The notes under the pieces: generated by a model
Database searches by the model: none
What the model was told of the DNA's origin: nothing
Seen by the model: only the letters and a program-made list of their open reading frames with translations
DNA from: an uncultured archaeon
Lineage (GTDB): Archaea; Asgardarchaeota; Thorarchaeia; Thorarchaeales; Thorarchaeaceae
Direction: 5' to 3'
DNA length: 64,000 nt
Assembly (NCBI GenBank): GCA_964473825.1
Contig: CAYYQL010000001.1
Span: forward strand, 1-64,000
Part shown: piece after piece, positions 51,632 to 61,058 of the stretch
Numbering within the stretch: the first letter of the stretch is position 1
Layout: every line of letters starts with the position of its first letter
Translations under genes and position numbers: made by a program

Positions 51632-53826
51632 CCATCGAAGACCTCGGAGACAGCATCGAGCTAGACGCGAACAACCTCGCAGTGAGGATAGCCCTATCTG
51701 TCGAGCAAGACGGCGGGTTCCTCTTCCACGACGGAGGAGAGCCCTATGTCCACATGGCCGACAACGGTCGGTCTGAGATCACCCACCTTCGCAACGCGCG
51801 TTTCCGCAGTATGCTAACTCATAAGTCGATGAGATATGAGGGGCTACCCGCAGGGAAGGAAACCGTCGAGAACGCAATCCGAATCCTAGAGGCTGTCGCG
51901 CTGTTCAGTAGTCCAGAGATCCGGTTGCATAACCGGGTTGCCATGCAGGACGGGGGTATCTACTTCGACCTCTCAGACATGGGGGGCCGATGTGTACATA
52001 TCACGCCGGACGGCTGGGAGATTGAGAAGGCGCCTATCCTCTTCAGGCGATACAAGCACCAACGCCCGGCGGTCCTTCCAAGCAAGAGCGAGCGTCCCAT
52101 CAAGGAACGACTGGAGAGCTTCTTGGAGCTGGTCAACTATGACCGCGACACCGAGCTCTTGCACCTGGTTGAGCTGGTCTTCAGCTTTGTCCCTGACGTC
52201 CCGCATCCTATCCCGGTTGTGTACGGGCAACAGGGCTCTGCGAAGTCCTCATTCTTCAGAGTCTGGGGTCGCCTGGTTGACCCCTCAGACCTTGAGGATG
52301 CGGTGCTTCCGCGCAAGGAGGTCGAGATGATCCAGAAGCTGGAGCACCACTGGTTTCTTGCTTTTGATAACGTTTCTAAGCTGTGGGAGTGGCAATCTGA
52401 CGATCTGTGTCGCGCAGCCACCGGCACCGGGTTCTCAAAGCGCAAGCTCTACAGTGACGATGAGGATATCATCTATAAGTACAAGAGAGTCGTGGGACTC
52501 AATGGTATCAATGTCGCAGCCGAGAGACCGGACCTTCTGGACCGGTCGATACTGCATGAGTTCCCCGAGATACCCCTAGAGGACCGGATGGAAGAGCGCG
52601 AGATCTGGGAGAGGTTCGAACGGGCTGCACCTGATATCATGGGTGCAATCTTTGACGCACTCTCTGAGGCATTACGAATACTGCCTACTGTAAATCTTAC
52701 CGGCCTCTACCGAATGGCGGACTTCACACGGTGGGGTTGTGCCATAGCCGAGGCCATTGGCTACAGCCAACAGGACTTTCTGAATGAGTATTGCAACAAC
52801 ATCAACACGCAGAACACGGAGGCCTTGGAGAACAACCCGGTCGGTACTGCAGTACTGTCGTTCTGGAATAGCCTGGACCTGATTGACGAACGGTGGAGAA
52901 ATACCCCGACCCAGGCGTACCAGACCCTGACAAAACACGCCGAGGGACTCGATATCAAGGTGTCCGGGAAGGACTGGCCGAAGAGCCCCGCAGCCATGAG
53001 TCGGGAACTAAACCGCCTCAAGACGAACCTCAAGAAGGAGGGGATCCTGTTCGAACGGCCACGAGAGGGGAATGTCCGATACTGGCAACTGAGCCCCGTA
53101 GAAGGTTCCGAGTATGTCGTCACAGTCGTCATGTCGTCACAGAGCAGCGCAGAAGGCGAAATTCCGCCTTCTAACGATGACGATACTTGTGACGATATTA
53201 GCGATACCCGAGAATGTCGTCATAATGTCGTCACCGAGAACGGGCCCGAAACGGCCTCTCCTGATGATTGTGACGCTGTGACGACAATGACGATAAAGTC
53301 GGAAACACTTGGGGGCACCCCGGAAGAGCTCAGAGCCTTCGTGGGTAAGGACCAGTACTCAGTCAGGTTCCTGATAGGTCGCGGTTTCAGCCTTGGAACG
53401 ATGCAGGAGCTACACAGTCAGGGACGAGGAGAGATCGTCAGGGTCGGATCTGGTGAGATACACTTCAGACTGACAGAGAATGGCCGTCAACAGCCTTGTG
53501 AACCGGAGACGCGGTCGCGTCAACCACTACTGAATAGCGCCGGGAACCCAGATCATGACGGTCAAACGGCGGACGTGGACAACCCGGGGATCTCGAGCAC
53601 CACACCCAGACTCTTCGAGCAATTTCTCGACTGGCTCAAGGCTCACGGCCTCGATATGCGAGGTAAGGCGATCACGCGACAGGAGATAGAGGCCTTCTGG
53701 CATGGCCCAGATAAGCAGCTGCATGACTGGATGTTCAAGGCACTCGATGAAAACTACATTAGAGAAGTGGAACCCGGCGTCTATTGCTGGGACACCCGGG
53801 CAACGCGGGAGGGGGTGGTCTCCTGA
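51628..53826 (+). CDS. Putative replicative P-loop ATPase/helicase (SF3-like) with C-terminal wH domain
   Basis: Walker A GQQGSAKS, Walker B LAFDNVS, RKLYSD, LNGI, DLLDR, RMADF. Confidence 0.75.
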   Translation: MTIEDLGDSIELDANNLAVRIALSVEQDGGFLFHDGGEPYVHMADNGRSEITHLRNARFRSMLTHKSMRYEGLPAGKETVENAIRILEAVALFSSPEIRLHNRVAMQDGGIYFDLSDMGGRCVHITPDGWEIEKAPILFRRYKHQRPAVLPSKSERPIKERLESFLELVNYDRDTELLHLVELVFSFVPDVPHPIPVVYGQQGSAKSSFFRVWGRLVDPSDLEDAVLPRKEVEMIQKLEHHWFLAFDNVSKLWEWQSDDLCRAATGTGFSKRKLYSDDEDIIYKYKRVVGLNGINVAAERPDLLDRSILHEFPEIPLEDRMEEREIWERFERAAPDIMGAIFDALSEALRILPTVNLTGLYRMADFTRWGCAIAEAIGYSQQDFLNEYCNNINTQNTEALENNPVGTAVLSFWNSLDLIDERWRNTPTQAYQTLTKHAEGLDIKVSGKDWPKSPAAMSRELNRLKTNLKKEGILFERPREGNVRYWQLSPVEGSEYVVTVVMSSQSSAEGEIPPSNDDDTCDDISDTRECRHNVVTENGPETASPDDCDAVTTMTIKSETLGGTPEELRAFVGKDQYSVRFLIGRGFSLGTMQELHSQGRGEIVRVGSGEIHFRLTENGRQQPCEPETRSRQPLLNSAGNPDHDGQTADVDNPGISSTTPRLFEQFLDWLKAHGLDMRGKAITRQEIEAFWHGPDKQLHDWMFKALDENYIREVEPGVYCWDTRATREGVVS
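53115..53295. repeat. Iteron-like cluster TGTCGTCA / TGACGA(C/T)A inside the ATPase gene
   Basis: + copies at 53115, 53124 (1 mismatch), 53132, 53215, 53226; - copies at 53178, 53190, 53279, 53288, partial 53271. Confidence 0.75.
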
Positions 53827-53886
53827 TGTCTGCGGCAGAGAAGGAGAGTCTCAAGCCTCTTGTCCGCGCAAAGGGGATTGAGAAAC

Positions 53887-54612
53887 CTACTTGGGATCCA
53901 GACCATCCCGTCCATGTCGTTCGAGGGGATCTACATACATGGCTTCTTCGAGTTTCCAAATCCTAGAGAATTGCTGCTCTAGATGCGCCTGGTATTGAAT
54001 GAAGAACCACTCAAGGTATCTGTCAAGATCGTGACGTCGTATCAGTTTCTTGACAACAAACTGTGCCTCAAGCGGAACCAGATTCTCCTTTGCCAGATCT
54101 GAATGCCACGGTGGCAATCTCGCGGGAGGAATCACCAAGTATGTGAGGAAGGTTCGCTCAAAAGCGTCTTGATATACTTCTTGGTCTGCGAGTTCCTCGG
54201 GATACTCTCCCTCCCAGTGAATCATCCGTTTGACGGTGATCTGTAGCACATGTAGCACATCAGAGAGCATCAGTGTAATTGTAGCCTCGTTCCCCGGACC
54301 GATCGAGTTGAAGACAGCAAATACACGCGGGAAAAGACCCTTCCAATGGTCGGCCAGTAGTATAGTTGCAGGATTATCGCTGATTGCCAATGCATGAATT
54401 AGGCCTCGATGTGTCAAGGAGAGAAGGTCAGATGGGTGAGTATGGGGCTGCAAATCATGGACTCCGTAATCACCGGTTACCAATTTCTTCTCTTTGAGCA
54501 ATCCCGCTGCTCGGGAGGCATTAGACACGCCACCCATTCGATTCCCAATAGAAGACCCCTGAAGGGCCAGATGTAGCAGCATGGCCTTCTCGTCCTTTGT
54601 TTTATCATACAT
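53887..54612 (-). CDS. Hypothetical protein with N-terminal wHTH-like region
   Basis: GVSNASRAAGLLKEKKLV...LSLTHRGL; divergent from the RHH gene. Confidence 0.55.
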   Translation of the reverse strand: MYDKTKDEKAMLLHLALQGSSIGNRMGGVSNASRAAGLLKEKKLVTGDYGVHDLQPHTHPSDLLSLTHRGLIHALAISDNPATILLADHWKGLFPRVFAVFNSIGPGNEATITLMLSDVLHVLQITVKRMIHWEGEYPEELADQEVYQDAFERTFLTYLVIPPARLPPWHSDLAKENLVPLEAQFVVKKLIRRHDLDRYLEWFFIQYQAHLEQQFSRIWKLEEAMYVDPLERHGRDGLDPK

Positions 54613-54689
54613 TAGAAGTTATACACCTCGCGCCTTACTTCTGTAGAGCATCTAACTGGTTAATAATACTTACTGCATGGCTTGTATTC

Positions 54690-54899
54690 ATGAAAGATAG
54701 TATTGTCACGAGCTTTCGCTTGTCTAGGGATACTCACAGTCTGGTTTCTCAGGTGTGTGAGAGCAGGAGCGAAACCCTGGGCACTTTCATCCGCAGAGCA
54801 ATTCTGAAAGAACTCGCGAATCTGAGTTTTCTCCCCGATGAGCAGAAGAAGGCTCTGGGTATCGAAGTCCCAGACGAGGCGTCTACAGGAGGGCAGTGA
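54690..54899 (+). CDS. Ribbon-helix-helix regulator
   Basis: IVTSFRLSRDTHSLV...TLGTFIRRAILKEL. Confidence 0.7.
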   Translation: MKDSIVTSFRLSRDTHSLVSQVCESRSETLGTFIRRAILKELANLSFLPDEQKKALGIEVPDEASTGGQ

Positions 54900-54902
54900 T
54901 CT

Positions 54903-55217
54903 GTGGATGCCTACAACGAGGCCAACCTAGCGGTGCTCCGCGAGAAAGCAGAACTTGCAGACCAGAGAGCCGAGGAGGTCCAACGTCTTCAGCAACAGAT
55001 CATCCGCATGGCAGCAACCAACAATACTCTCGAGAGCGAGCTCAAGGCTCTTCGCAAGAATGCTGAGCTCCTGGCGGTCGAAGATGCTTGGATCCGGGAC
55101 GGCTCATCGGCCTATGACTTCTGTGGCTGCGGCGGCAAGAAGAAGACCTGCTATGAGATCATCATGACGGAGTGCCTGGAATGCGGAGAGGAGATCCGGG
55201 CCTTTCCCGATGAGTAG
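54903..55217 (+). CDS. Coiled-coil plus Zn-finger protein
   Basis: Heptads followed by CGCG...CLECG. Confidence 0.6.
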   Translation: MDAYNEANLAVLREKAELADQRAEEVQRLQQQIIRMAATNNTLESELKALRKNAELLAVEDAWIRDGSSAYDFCGCGGKKKTCYEIIMTECLECGEEIRAFPDE

Positions 55218-55228
55218 GGGGAGAGAGA

Positions 55229-55366
55229 GTGAATAACACAGCTGAGACCCCGATGCGGGATCTTGTTCTGCAGATCATGAGAGAGACCCGAAAGCAGTGC
55301 AGCCGAGAGGAGTTCCAGGAGCTGCTAGACGAGTTTGAGACCATGCTCGACGAGGTCGAGGAATAG
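55229..55366 (+). CDS. Small helical protein (45 aa), similar to 42584-42742
   Basis: DLVLQIMRETRKQCSREEFQELLD; GGGGGAG upstream. Confidence 0.55.
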   Translation: MNNTAETPMRDLVLQIMRETRKQCSREEFQELLDEFETMLDEVEE

Positions 55367-55382
55367 GAGGTCTTGCACACGC

Positions 55383-55619
55383 ATGAGTAATGACATCATC
55401 GAACGCCTAGACTTTGACCCCGGCGACTGGAACTACATCAAGTCGCGAGAAGACCTGATTGAGGAGCTTCGCGACTACAAGCGCGAGTTCCAGATCAATG
55501 AGTGGACTGAGGAAACGATCAGCCACTTCCTGCAGCTCAAGGACTGGCTCATCAGCCAGGGCCCACATCTGCGACATATCAGGACCCTCTACACGATCCT
55601 GTCGGAGGTCGACCTCTAG
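55383..55619 (+). CDS. Hypothetical protein
   Basis: AGGAGGT upstream; abuts the helicase gene. Confidence 0.6.
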   Translation: MSNDIIERLDFDPGDWNYIKSREDLIEELRDYKREFQINEWTEETISHFLQLKDWLISQGPHLRHIRTLYTILSEVDL

Positions 55620-57329
55620 ATGCCGGAGATAACGGACAAGCGAATACTGAGTATTCCTGCAGATGTACGAAAATTCGTAGATGTGGAAAGGTGCCAGAGT
55701 ATTCCTTCTTCTGTCTACCCTGTCTCCGAGGACTTGCCGGAAATCTCTCTGGATGAGGTCGCCGACGTACTTAGCTCCACAATTGCCAAGGACTGGACCA
55801 CAAAACTCGTCACCTTTATGGTCCTGTTGCTGACCTACACACACGAGGATCAGACAGGAATTCTCTATCAGGCTGGGTCCAGCACCGGCAAGTCACATAA
55901 TGCACTTGAAGTCACAAAGGGATACTTCCCGGCAGAGGATGTTATTAAGAAGGACTATGCCTCTCCAACTGCGTTCTTTCACAAGCAGACTGAGCTATGC
56001 GTTCGCAGCCGCGACGACTGTTTCTATCCTGTCCTCTCGAAGCGAGAGTATGTCAATCGCCAGATGCAAGAGTGGGATAAGGCAAATCCCAAACCAGAAG
56101 AACGGGGAGAGAAGACAGAGCACAGAAACCATCGGAATGCTGCGAAGGGGAGGTTCGCCGACGAGTGGGATAGCCTAGAGAAAGTGTGGTTCTGGGATTT
56201 ATCACGTAGAATTCTTCTCTTCAAAGATATGCCTCATGACCTGGTTTTGGCGAATCTGAGACCTTTGATTTCGAAAGACGAGCAATACTTTGAAGCAGAT
56301 ATCACGGACAAGAGTACATCTGGGCAACATGCCACTAAGACCATCGTTCTGAAGGGTTTCTCTACCTTCCTCTTCTGTTCTGCGTCATACTCTCAGGATG
56401 AGCAGGAACGCACACGATTCTTTCTACTTAGTCCCGAGGTCCAGAGTGAGAAAATCAAGGCGGGAGTCAGAATGGCAATTCAGCGTTCCTGCAATCGCCC
56501 TAGATTCGAGGGGAATATTAGAAAAGATGAGAGGAGGGCAGCACTTCGAGAGCGTGTTCTCAGCATTCGCGCAGCATCTATCACAGACGTAATCATTCCT
56601 GATGACCTCACGCAAGAGATTGAGAACAGAATCTTCGACGAACATGATAGCCTGCAACCACGTCTCATGCGAGATGCCCCCAGGATGATTGCCCTTATGA
56701 AAGCTCACGCACTTCTGAACTTCTCGAACCGGCAACAGAGAAACGGCATCATCGTAGCGACGGAGCGCGATGTCCAGGTTGGCTACGAGCTCTATAGACC
56801 CATTGCTGAAGCAAACGAGAGAGGAGTACCGCCTCAGGTCTATGACTTCTACGAGAAGCGACTAGAACCTTCGATTAGGGCCAAAGCAGAAGAGGACGGT
56901 ATCCAGGGAATCTCCAGAAAGGACTTTGTCCGTCTCTGGTTTGATGAATTCAATGAGCAGATTGGCTACAAACGCATGGTAGAGATTCTCCATCTCATGG
57001 ACAACGCCGGACTTGCATCTGAGAGAGAGAATCCAGCAGACAAGCGCGAGAAGCTGATATATATCCCTGGGGGTGGGGTAGAATCTGCACAAAAAGAAGC
57101 AATGCCTTCAGCGCCTTTTGACAGGTTTCTCTCATGGCTGATCACTCATGGTCTGGATATGCGAGGTAAGACGGTCTCGAGGGCTGAGATCGCCTCAGCA
57201 TGGGAAGAGTCTGATGAGAAGCTGAATGACTACCTCTTCAAGGCCCTGGACGAGGAATACCTGAGAGAGACCGAACCAGGCGTCTATCACTGGGGGTCGA
57301 GAGCCACGAAAGAGGGAATCGTGGACTGA
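55620..57329 (+). CDS. MCM-like AAA+ helicase with C-terminal wH domain
   Basis: Walker A AGSSTGKS, ERTRF arginine finger, RDAPRMIALMKAHALL...ATERDV sensor-2/lid region. Confidence 0.7.
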   Translation: MPEITDKRILSIPADVRKFVDVERCQSIPSSVYPVSEDLPEISLDEVADVLSSTIAKDWTTKLVTFMVLLLTYTHEDQTGILYQAGSSTGKSHNALEVTKGYFPAEDVIKKDYASPTAFFHKQTELCVRSRDDCFYPVLSKREYVNRQMQEWDKANPKPEERGEKTEHRNHRNAAKGRFADEWDSLEKVWFWDLSRRILLFKDMPHDLVLANLRPLISKDEQYFEADITDKSTSGQHATKTIVLKGFSTFLFCSASYSQDEQERTRFFLLSPEVQSEKIKAGVRMAIQRSCNRPRFEGNIRKDERRAALRERVLSIRAASITDVIIPDDLTQEIENRIFDEHDSLQPRLMRDAPRMIALMKAHALLNFSNRQQRNGIIVATERDVQVGYELYRPIAEANERGVPPQVYDFYEKRLEPSIRAKAEEDGIQGISRKDFVRLWFDEFNEQIGYKRMVEILHLMDNAGLASERENPADKREKLIYIPGGGVESAQKEAMPSAPFDRFLSWLITHGLDMRGKTVSRAEIASAWEESDEKLNDYLFKALDEEYLRETEPGVYHWGSRATKEGIVD

Positions 57330-57331
57330 GA

Positions 57332-58474
57332 TCAGTCAGACTTCTCTCGTTGCTCCTTCGCGTACGCCTTGGCAAAGGCCTCAGCAAAGCTCTGCATGAG
57401 CTCGGGGTCTTCCTTGATCTGTGAAACGATCATCTGACCCGCGGAGTCAGTCGCGAGAGCCTTGTCCTGCAGCGTGTTGCAGTTGGGACAGTACTGCGAG
57501 TCTGCGCCGATTATGAAACCACAGTTCCAGCACTTGACCCTCTTCTTGACCTCGCGTTCCTGGACAATCCCAAGCGCCTCAAGCTCCTCCCTCTCATAGT
57601 CCTGGTCGAAGTACTGATGGTAGTGCTGCTCGAACACTTTTGAGTCCCGGGTATGCCCAAGCCTTCTCCTGATTGCGGAGTCCGTCAGAAGATCCTCATT
57701 CTTCCAGTGGGTTGAGGCCGACTTTCTGAACAGCGTTGCGTAGAGCTCCATGCCAAGGACTCTGCTTGCCCGCCGGTAGGCATCCGAGATATCGTGGGGT
57801 TGGATCCTGTTCCCCTTGCCATTGACAAAGAGTGGGCCGGTTCCCTTATGCGTTCGATAGTAGAACTGGAACCATTGAAGCCCTAGCTCGGTGATCATCC
57901 GCAGGGCTCGAGTCTTGGTCTTGGAGTCCTGGATGTGAAGGACATAGCCATGCTGGTCCCTGATCACGTCGTCATAGTCCAGGCTACAGAGCTCGGACGG
58001 TCTCATGCCGGTGTCCCAGAGGACTGCAGTTATCGCCTTCCAGACATGGGTGTAGTGATAGTCAATCACTCGTTCCACGTCCTCAGGAGTCAGGAGGTCC
58101 TTTGCCGTCTTGACTCGCCTGGCAGTCCTGGACCGGGACTTGAGCATGTCTTTGTAGGGCTCTTTGGATGCATCTATCCCGTGGAACCCAAGCCAGTATC
58201 GCAGGCCTTGGGCTGCAGTGTTGAAAGTGTTGTTGGAGACCCTACCCCGCTTGAGCTGATTGCCTCCCTCTGAGAATGTCCTTGAGACCTTGTAGTTGAG
58301 TCGTCTGGTCAGGACTCCCCTGATATCGTCGGGAGAGGGTCTCTTCAGGGGTAGATCGAAGTAGGTCAGTAGAGCCCTGATCGCATCAGTGTTGGTCTTG
58401 ATGGATCTCTCTCGAGCCTGACCACCGACCTCAGCCCGGAGGTAGTCTCCGAATCTGTCCAGTGTTGCCTGCAT
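57332..58474 (-). CDS. Tyrosine recombinase/integrase with C-terminal Zn ribbon
   Basis: TGMRPSEL, SKT, LFRKSAST, RLGH, HY catalytic residues; CWNC...CPNC. Confidence 0.93.
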   Translation of the reverse strand: MQATLDRFGDYLRAEVGGQARERSIKTNTDAIRALLTYFDLPLKRPSPDDIRGVLTRRLNYKVSRTFSEGGNQLKRGRVSNNTFNTAAQGLRYWLGFHGIDASKEPYKDMLKSRSRTARRVKTAKDLLTPEDVERVIDYHYTHVWKAITAVLWDTGMRPSELCSLDYDDVIRDQHGYVLHIQDSKTKTRALRMITELGLQWFQFYYRTHKGTGPLFVNGKGNRIQPHDISDAYRRASRVLGMELYATLFRKSASTHWKNEDLLTDSAIRRRLGHTRDSKVFEQHYHQYFDQDYEREELEALGIVQEREVKKRVKCWNCGFIIGADSQYCPNCNTLQDKALATDSAGQMIVSQIKEDPELMQSFAEAFAKAYAKEQREKSD

Positions 58475-58543
58475 TGAATCACCAGGATACCAAGGACAAC
58501 GGTCTCAGATAAGTCTTTCATGTTCAGGTTTAGTTATGTCTTA

Positions 58544-58553
58544 TCTGGTACAT
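58544..58553 (+). repeat. attR core TCTGGTACAT
   Basis: Identical to 42308-42317; 70 bp upstream of the integrase start. Confidence 0.9.
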
Positions 58554-58743
58554 GGATTGGTTCTGGATACCCTTCTATCCAGCCGTGACATCGGGGAGGG
58601 ATCTCATGATTAACTCTGGCATCTTTTCTCTTGAAGCTGTGAACACTCAAGGCATAATTGACGTCTTGGCCATGTTACAGATTGCCCTCTATCCTCTCTG
58701 GGTCATCTTAGGCACGCAGGCCTATCGGCGGCATAATCGTTAG
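58552..58743 (+). pseudogene. 3' half of the interrupted host membrane-protein gene
   Basis: MDWFWIPF... continues ...LNLWY in frame. Confidence 0.85.
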
Positions 58744-59071
58744 GTCTTAGCTAAGTGCTCTTCAGATTGCCGCCCCGACACAGTGCGTACAACAGCGTCA
58801 TCTGACGATAGACACTCGATAGACTTGTGACATCCGCTCCTATTGAGATGAAATACATCAACAATCGGTGTATCAGATGATCTGGATAAAGAAGAAACAA
58901 TACCAGGCCTGTCCCGGGTTACACCAATTCAACTATTGGTGACGGCATAAGAGTACTGCGCCCAGAAGAGCTAGCTCATATTCAATAATACTAATTAGGT
59001 CAGAATCCGAGCTCTGTTATGCGCAACGGGACACATTCGATTAGAAGGTAGAAAAGGATTCTCTAAGGTGA

Positions 59072-59578
59072 ATGACGAAAATGCAGGATAACACCGACCT
59101 ACTGGAGGGACCCATTGTCAGGCTCTTCGCAAAGCTCTCAGAATGGGTTGGATTGTCAGACAATATCGCACCAGCGGCAGCATCTCTCTTTCTCCAGAGA
59201 TATGGAGACGAAAAGCCGTTGGGTTCTGAAGACATCTGTGAGATCACGGGCTACTCAAGAGCGAATGCAGGCCTAATCATATCTCAACTAGAGGCACTTG
59301 GTGTCATCAGTGGTCAGAGGGACTATCAACAGACAGGTCGGGGACGTAAACGCCTGCTATACAAAACTGACATGAACATTGAAGGATTCTTCGCACTGGG
59401 TGTAGAGAGGGTTGTTGATCAACTTCAGTCTATGCTGAGCGATATTGATGCAGTAGAAGAAGAATTCGGCGAAAAGGACAAGCGCCTACTCAAGATGATG
59501 AAAGAATTGAGGGATGAGATTGAAAATAATCTGGCTATTTTCAAGGAGCTCCCAGCAGTTCAATCGACACCAGCATAG
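59072..59578 (+). CDS. GbsR/MarR-like wHTH regulator
   Basis: EDICEITGYSRANA...LEALGVI...GRKRLLY. Confidence 0.8.
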   Translation: MTKMQDNTDLLEGPIVRLFAKLSEWVGLSDNIAPAAASLFLQRYGDEKPLGSEDICEITGYSRANAGLIISQLEALGVISGQRDYQQTGRGRKRLLYKTDMNIEGFFALGVERVVDQLQSMLSDIDAVEEEFGEKDKRLLKMMKELRDEIENNLAIFKELPAVQSTPA

Positions 59579-59669
59579 CGTCCAAGTCCTCATCCGAACA
59601 ACTAACATGCATTCAGAGAGTAGGCTTTCAGAAGAAAGAAGTAGGGGGAGAGTGTCCCCCATGCAGTGA

Positions 59670-61058
59670 CTAGTCTTCTTCCTCGTCGTCCCCCAGACGC
59701 TTGGCTTTTCCGAGGCGACGACTCTTACCCACACTGAGGCGTTTCGAGTCCGGAGCTGATAACGAGTGCCCGGGGCGCCCTTCCTTGATCCCCTCCGCTT
59801 TCTCTGAGGGCCAGGCTTCGCCAGGAGAAGGAGCACGCTCAGCAATCTCCTCGTCCACTTCACCTAGTTCGAAAGTTTCGCCTGAATCACGAGCTCGAGT
59901 GACGATGCGCTCGACCCGCTCCACTCGTAAGTAGTACAGGCTGGTTAGAATCGCGACCACCGGGAATGCCATCAGCTTGGCGATATCACGAAACAGGAAT
60001 GTTGCATAGGTCACGCTTGCGTCCCAGTTGAACCAACTTGCGATGAGTGTACCCTCAGTTGATGTGACGGCAATTATGCTGTCCACAAAGAAGAAGCCGC
60101 TAGCAAGGAAGAATGTCAGGAGAGGACCGAAATCGCGGAGTCTTCGCCGTGATTCCTCAACAGCCTCAGTCACGGTTCTACCTATGCCACTCATAGCGTA
60201 GACAAGGAAGAAAAGAGACATCCCAATGTCAACTGGAGTCATCGACGGCGCCCCTGATCTTCTGAGAACATTGAACAGGAAGTAGCCTGAGTAGATGGCT
60301 ATGAAAACCGTCAACAGGGCGACATTGAGTGCTGCCCCCTTTCGCGCGTACTTGAAGAACGACAATAGCGAAACCAGTGCAAAGAGTGCCAGGAAACCCA
60401 TGGCCGCCAAAAGGAACGGCCAGTGTGTCGTGATGTTGGTCTGATAGAGACTGAAGATTGAACCTAGGATGTCACCGATTCCAAAGAGATTGTTGGGAAT
60501 AATCACAAGTGCGAGGAGAATCTCTGCACCGATAATCCCTATTCCGATAAATAGGATGATGAAGCTACCGATGCCAATCGCAATTCCACCCTTTTTCGGC
60601 TCCGCTATCGAAGCCAGTCTAAGGCTTGTTCGAGATGAGAGGTAAGCCTGAAAAGCGATCCATCCGACCCAACAGAACATCGAGAAAACGAGCAGGGTCC
60701 CGACATCAGTGAAGACAGACAGAAATACTGACAGGGCGAACGAAACAGCTAGCCATGCCACTCCCTTCATCTCGGTTGCCTTACCTCTTCCCCTTCGGGT
60801 TATCCAGATTCTGTCTAGCTTGAGACCTGTAATCAGTGATCCTAGGCCGAAATAGATCGTACCCGTCGCACCAATATAGACGAAGAAGTTCACGAGAATC
60901 AGTTCGATAGACGAGCCTACGTAAGCGGTCATCAGCCATGAAACGAACAACGCCAAGAAGGTCGAAGCTACGAAGATGATCAGATATGCCACATATCGTT
61001 TCGTCTCGAAGAAGACCTTCAGACCTGCTATGATACTTGATAGTATGGGAATTTCCAC
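59670..61058 (-). CDS. Multi-pass membrane protein
   Basis: About 10-11 TM segments and a charged C-terminal tail. Confidence 0.75.
   Translation of the reverse strand: MEIPILSSIIAGLKVFFETKRYVAYLIIFVASTFLALFVSWLMTAYVGSSIELILVNFFVYIGATGTIYFGLGSLITGLKLDRIWITRRGRGKATEMKGVAWLAVSFALSVFLSVFTDVGTLLVFSMFCWVGWIAFQAYLSSRTSLRLASIAEPKKGGIAIGIGSFIILFIGIGIIGAEILLALVIIPNNLFGIGDILGSIFSLYQTNITTHWPFLLAAMGFLALFALVSLLSFFKYARKGAALNVALLTVFIAIYSGYFLFNVLRRSGAPSMTPVDIGMSLFFLVYAMSGIGRTVTEAVEESRRRLRDFGPLLTFFLASGFFFVDSIIAVTSTEGTLIASWFNWDASVTYATFLFRDIAKLMAFPVVAILTSLYYLRVERVERIVTRARDSGETFELGEVDEEIAERAPSPGEAWPSEKAEGIKEGRPGHSLSAPDSKRLSVGKSRRLGKAKRLGDDEEED

Larger units (their letters stand above)
42308..58553. mobile_element. 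Integrated plasmid-like element (~16.2 kb) with tyrosine integrase
   Basis: Flanking 10-bp direct repeat, integrase adjacent to right end, replication genes, split host gene. Confidence 0.92.

Noticed and set aside
42308-58553. Provirus
   Set aside because: No recognisable capsid, portal, terminase or packaging ATPase; a satellite or highly divergent virus cannot be excluded
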